Shown here: positions 60,465 to 64,000 of the stretch, one piece after another | Numbering within the stretch: position 1 is the first letter of the stretch | Layout: each line of letters opens with the position of its first letter | Source of the DNA: Lama glama | Lineage: Eukaryota | Direction of reading: 5' to 3' | DNA: 64,000 nt | Assembly: GCA_028534125.1 (NCBI GenBank) | Contig: CM052816.1 | Coordinates: forward strand, 21,206,001 to 21,270,000 | Notes under the pieces: model-generated | What the model saw: only the letters and a program-made list of their open reading frames with translations | What the model was told of the DNA's origin: nothing | Database searches by the model: none | Program-made: the position numbers and the translations under genes

Positions 60465-62539
60465 TCATGTCTTCTAAGTCATTTATTCATTCCCTGGCAT
60501 CATCTAGTCTGCTTTTGACTGCCTTTAGTTTGGCTCTTATCTCAGCCATTGATTTTTCTGCTTTTAATTGGCTCGTCTTTGCAGTTTCTATTTCCTTTTC
60601 ATAGTATTCTGCATTTCTATTCATAGTCTCCCTTATTTCCTTCAGTGCTTTTATCACCCCCTTTGTGAAGTCATGATCTAGTAGACTGTTGAGATCTGTC
60701 TCACTGATTGTTCTTTCAGGGACTTCTCTTGTTTTATTTGGGAGTGCTTCCTCTGTTTCTTCATTTTACTTACATTTCTCTGGATGTAGAGTATCAGTTA
60801 TACACTCTGGTCTTAAAAGACTTTTTTTTTTCTTTTAAATTTTAACTGTGTGCATTCCTGTGTAGACTGTGTGCATCTAATAGTTTTTGTTGTGAGTGCT
60901 GTTGGTTAGTATGGATGGTTCCCACATCTTCTATGTGTGTGGGCTGTTTTGGGGCCTTTGATTGGGGGTGTGGTTTGTGTTGTGGTGATCACAGCCTACC
61001 CTGGTGGTGGTTGTTGAGCACAGACTCCTTTTTTGTTCTGCGGTTGTCACAGCCTTGACACAGGCCAGGTCTGCTCCCCTGTTGCTGGAAGAGGCTTTGA
61101 GACCCGTTTCTGAACTGTGCTGTGCGGTAGGCAGGGTTGGAGCACTTCAGCTGGGAAGAAGAGTCACTGAGTGTGCCTCCACAGGAGATGTCCACTGGGA
61201 AGTGCCCTCTGTCACTAGTTATGTGGGCTTACAAAGTATTCTTTGTTGATACTGCCCTTGTCCATGCCTTAGCTGCAGGAATGTCAGCCACCCGCTCTAG
61301 TGTCCCCTGGGTTCTGGGCCCGCCTAACCACAGATCTGCCAATGTCAGGCACTAGGACCCGTCGTAGTGAGTGTGCAGTCACTCTCCTCATTCCATGGTG
61401 TGCCACAGGGTCAGCGCAGACCCCAGCCCCGCTGCCACATGTGGTACAGTATGCTGGCCTGTTGTAAACACCCGTACTCGCCCCCACCATGCGCCAGAAC
61501 TCCACTCACTGCCCGTTTGTCCCAGAGGTGGGGGTCCACAAATCCACCCTCTGTCTGCGGCTGTAAACAAATCTGTCCTGCCTGTGAAGTTGCAGGGCTT
61601 CCAGGTATGGATTTAGGTTTCAGCTGTTTGCAGAGCAGCAATGTGATGTCTATGACCAAGCCTCACCTCTCTTCTTGTGCGAATGCACCAACAGTGGAGA
61701 CAAGCGGAGACTACACTTAGGATGCGGCTGAGTTGTGCCCCCCTCCCCAAGCACACCAGCAGTTGTTTTTTTTATCAGGGTCCCAAGCTTTTCTGTTCTG
61801 CACACACTCCCAGCCAGAGTTCACATGGCCCTCCAGTCCCGAAGCTGCGTCTGTGCAGTGGGCCCTGGGCTGGTCACCGATCTCCAGTAGCCAATCCTGG
61901 CTTGTCCCTGACAGCTTGCATTTAGGGCCGAGGATCGCAGGGGACCTCTGTGCCAGTTTGCCTTAATTCTGCCAAGTAGCTGCCTCTTTCTCCCTTAAGC
62001 CTCAGAAACTCCACTTCTGTCCCCAGTGACCTCCCAGCAGGAGAGGTGCCTTTCTTCCTTTGCTGCTCCCTCCCTGCAGGACTGGTCCTGCACCAATTTC
62101 TTTTTCCTTTTTTCTCTTACCAGATTTTGTGAGGAAATCTCCTGTATTTCAAAGTGAGAGGCACTGTGCCAGAATTCAGTAGGTGTTGTGTGTGATTCAG
62201 TGGGTCTCTAGATGTAATTCTTGGTGTATTTGTGGGAGAGGGTGATGGGTGAGCTGTGAGTCTCTCTACTCCGCTGTCTTGGCTCTCTCCCACCATGAAG
62301 TTATTGTTGTTAAAGGGCTGGAGTAAGACTACGGAGTGTCTGCACAGGAGGACAGCAAGGAGCTGACGGGCCAGGGGGTCGTATTAGATCATGGTATGGA
62401 TACTGAAATCACCAGTGATTATGAAATTAGTAGTAGAGAATAATACTCAACCAGGAGCTAAAATTGTCAATGAGTAACAGGGAGTGACCAGGCTGGGGGC
62501 TCAAGATAACTGCAGCAACAAAGAGTAAACTGAAGGTAA

Positions 62540-62780
62540 GAGGTTTTTCTTGAATATACACACAGCACTTACTATACGCCAGGCAGTTCTAAGGCATTTA
62601 TAAAGTCATTTAATCTTCAAAACAATCCTACAAGATATGTACCATTTTACCTAGTTTTATGGATAAGGAAGCAAGAGCAAAAGAGGATACAGGATTTGTC
62701 CCAAGTCCCAAAGCTAGTTAAGTGGTGGTGGTAGAATGTAAGCCTGAGTGTGGCTCATATTCTTAACCTCCACACTGTGA
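62540..62780 (-). mobile_element. MIR SINE
   Basis: catttaatcttcaaaacaatcctac...ccattttacctagttttatggataaggaagc...ttgtcccaagtcccaaagctagttaagtgg. Confidence 0.65.
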
Positions 62781-63665
62781 TGCCTGTTCATCCTAAGTGT
62801 GTGTGTGTGCGCGCGCGCACGTACTGAGGGGTTGGGGGGGTTATGGAGAGTGATCTAGCAGCAGCAACCTCTTTGCCCACTGATAAAAGGGGAATGGGAA
62901 AGAAAGCAGCCACTCTCAAAAGAGCTGTAAGGAAAGCCACATGCTCATGGAAAACCAGACTCAGAAACAGGGACGTCTGTTGTAATTGGTAAATAATTTT
63001 GTTTCATTGTCTGAATATATCTTGTACTGCCTTTTCTTGGTCATTTCTTGTTGTAATGACTAGAGTTTTCAAAAACATGTTGATATAAGTGACCTCTTTT
63101 TTTAAAAATTAATTTTATGGAAAGCAAGTAACACCAAGAAAATATTTCTATTCTTTGCAAAATTATGAGTTACTAAAGCTAGGAGATGTTAAATTCTATC
63201 AAGTAATGGTCATGTTAGGTGTCTATCAGAAGATTTGTGAACAGATTTAATCATCTTCTGAAAAACCCTTGCATTCTTAGGATTAAAAACTTGTCTTGGC
63301 GATTGTGTGTGAATTCCTGGATCTGTGCGGAGTGAGCTTGGTCTGTTTTTTTCTCATGGTACCTTCTTTGATATCACACTAGTTTGGTTAACATGAATAA
63401 TTTTCATTTTTCAAAACTAATTAGGATGACTGTCCATCGTCATTCAGTCATCTGGAAGCAGGTGGCTGGAGTGGCAGCTCTGCTGTTTGCCCTTTTATCT
63501 AGGGACTGGGTGAGGGTCTGGACTAGCCTTTCTAAACCAGGGTTCTTTATGTGAACCACAGAACACAGGAAATGACTTGAGTAACTCATGTATCAATTCT
63601 CTCAAGGATAGTGCATAACTAGGATCATTTCAGATGGGTAGAAACTAATTACATACAACAGATAC

Positions 63666-64000
63666 TGTATTAGTTTCCTATTGCTGTTACAAGAGCACAA
63701 ACACAGCAGCTTAAGAACAAGTTTATTCTTTTATAGTTCTGAAGGCCAGAAGTCCAAAACCAGTTTACTAGTCTAAAAGTCAAGGTGTCAGCAGGGCTTG
63801 TTCCTTTTGGAGGCTCTGAGGGAAATCTGTTTCTTTGCCTTTTTCAGCTTCTAGCGGTTGCCGGTATTTCTTCCCTAATAGCCTTTCCTCCATCCAGTAT
63901 CTGAGTCTGTCAGCGCATTGCCTTCTTTTCTGCTGTTCAGGGTCTCTCTGCCCCCTCCCTACTGGGACACTCATGATTACATTTAGGCCCACAAGACAAT
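63666..64000. mobile_element. MLT1 (MaLR) LTR, runs off window end
   Basis: Begins tgtattagtttcctattgctg. Contains atagttctgaaggccagaagtccaaa and tcaaggtgtcagcagggc. Confidence 0.75.

Larger units (their letters stand above)
54959..62295 (-). mobile_element. Full-length but inactivated lineage L1 (~7.3 kb including a nested insert)
   Basis: 16-bp TSD TGAAGTTATTGTTGTT at 54943-54958 and 62296-62311. 5' end gagagccaagacagcggagtag. ORF1 60764->59505 and ORF2 59096->55290, both broken. T-tract at the 3' end. Confidence 0.92.

Overview
Mammalian genomic DNA containing the core of the TH2 cytokine locus. It is very probably camelid, judging by the IL4/IL13 protein sequences and short tRNA-derived Vic-1-like SINEs. 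Two complete four-exon genes lie on the minus strand: IL4 (CDS 11171->3213, 133 aa) and IL13 (CDS 26672->24636, 136 aa). Recognisable regulatory elements include both promoters, AU-rich 3'UTRs, the intergenic CNS-1 enhancer (~20.7-21.1 kb) and the CGRE/CpG island ~1.6 kb upstream of IL13. From ~29.6 kb to the end the window is a nested pile of retroelements, almost all on the minus strand, with no recognisable RAD50 exon. The most unusual items are: an ORF1-only 'half-L1' (HAL1-like) element whose 3' region contains antisense ORF2 fragments with a strong A-to-G (ADAR-like) bias; a 5'-truncated copy of its tail nested in a younger full-length L1; a U6/L1 chimeric retrocopy; and three IL13 coding changes relative to human (C-terminal extension, lost NAGNAG acceptor, absent upstream ATG). 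Repeat family names and cross-species comparisons come from recall of consensus sequences, not from a search. I see no evidence for a wholly new gene system.
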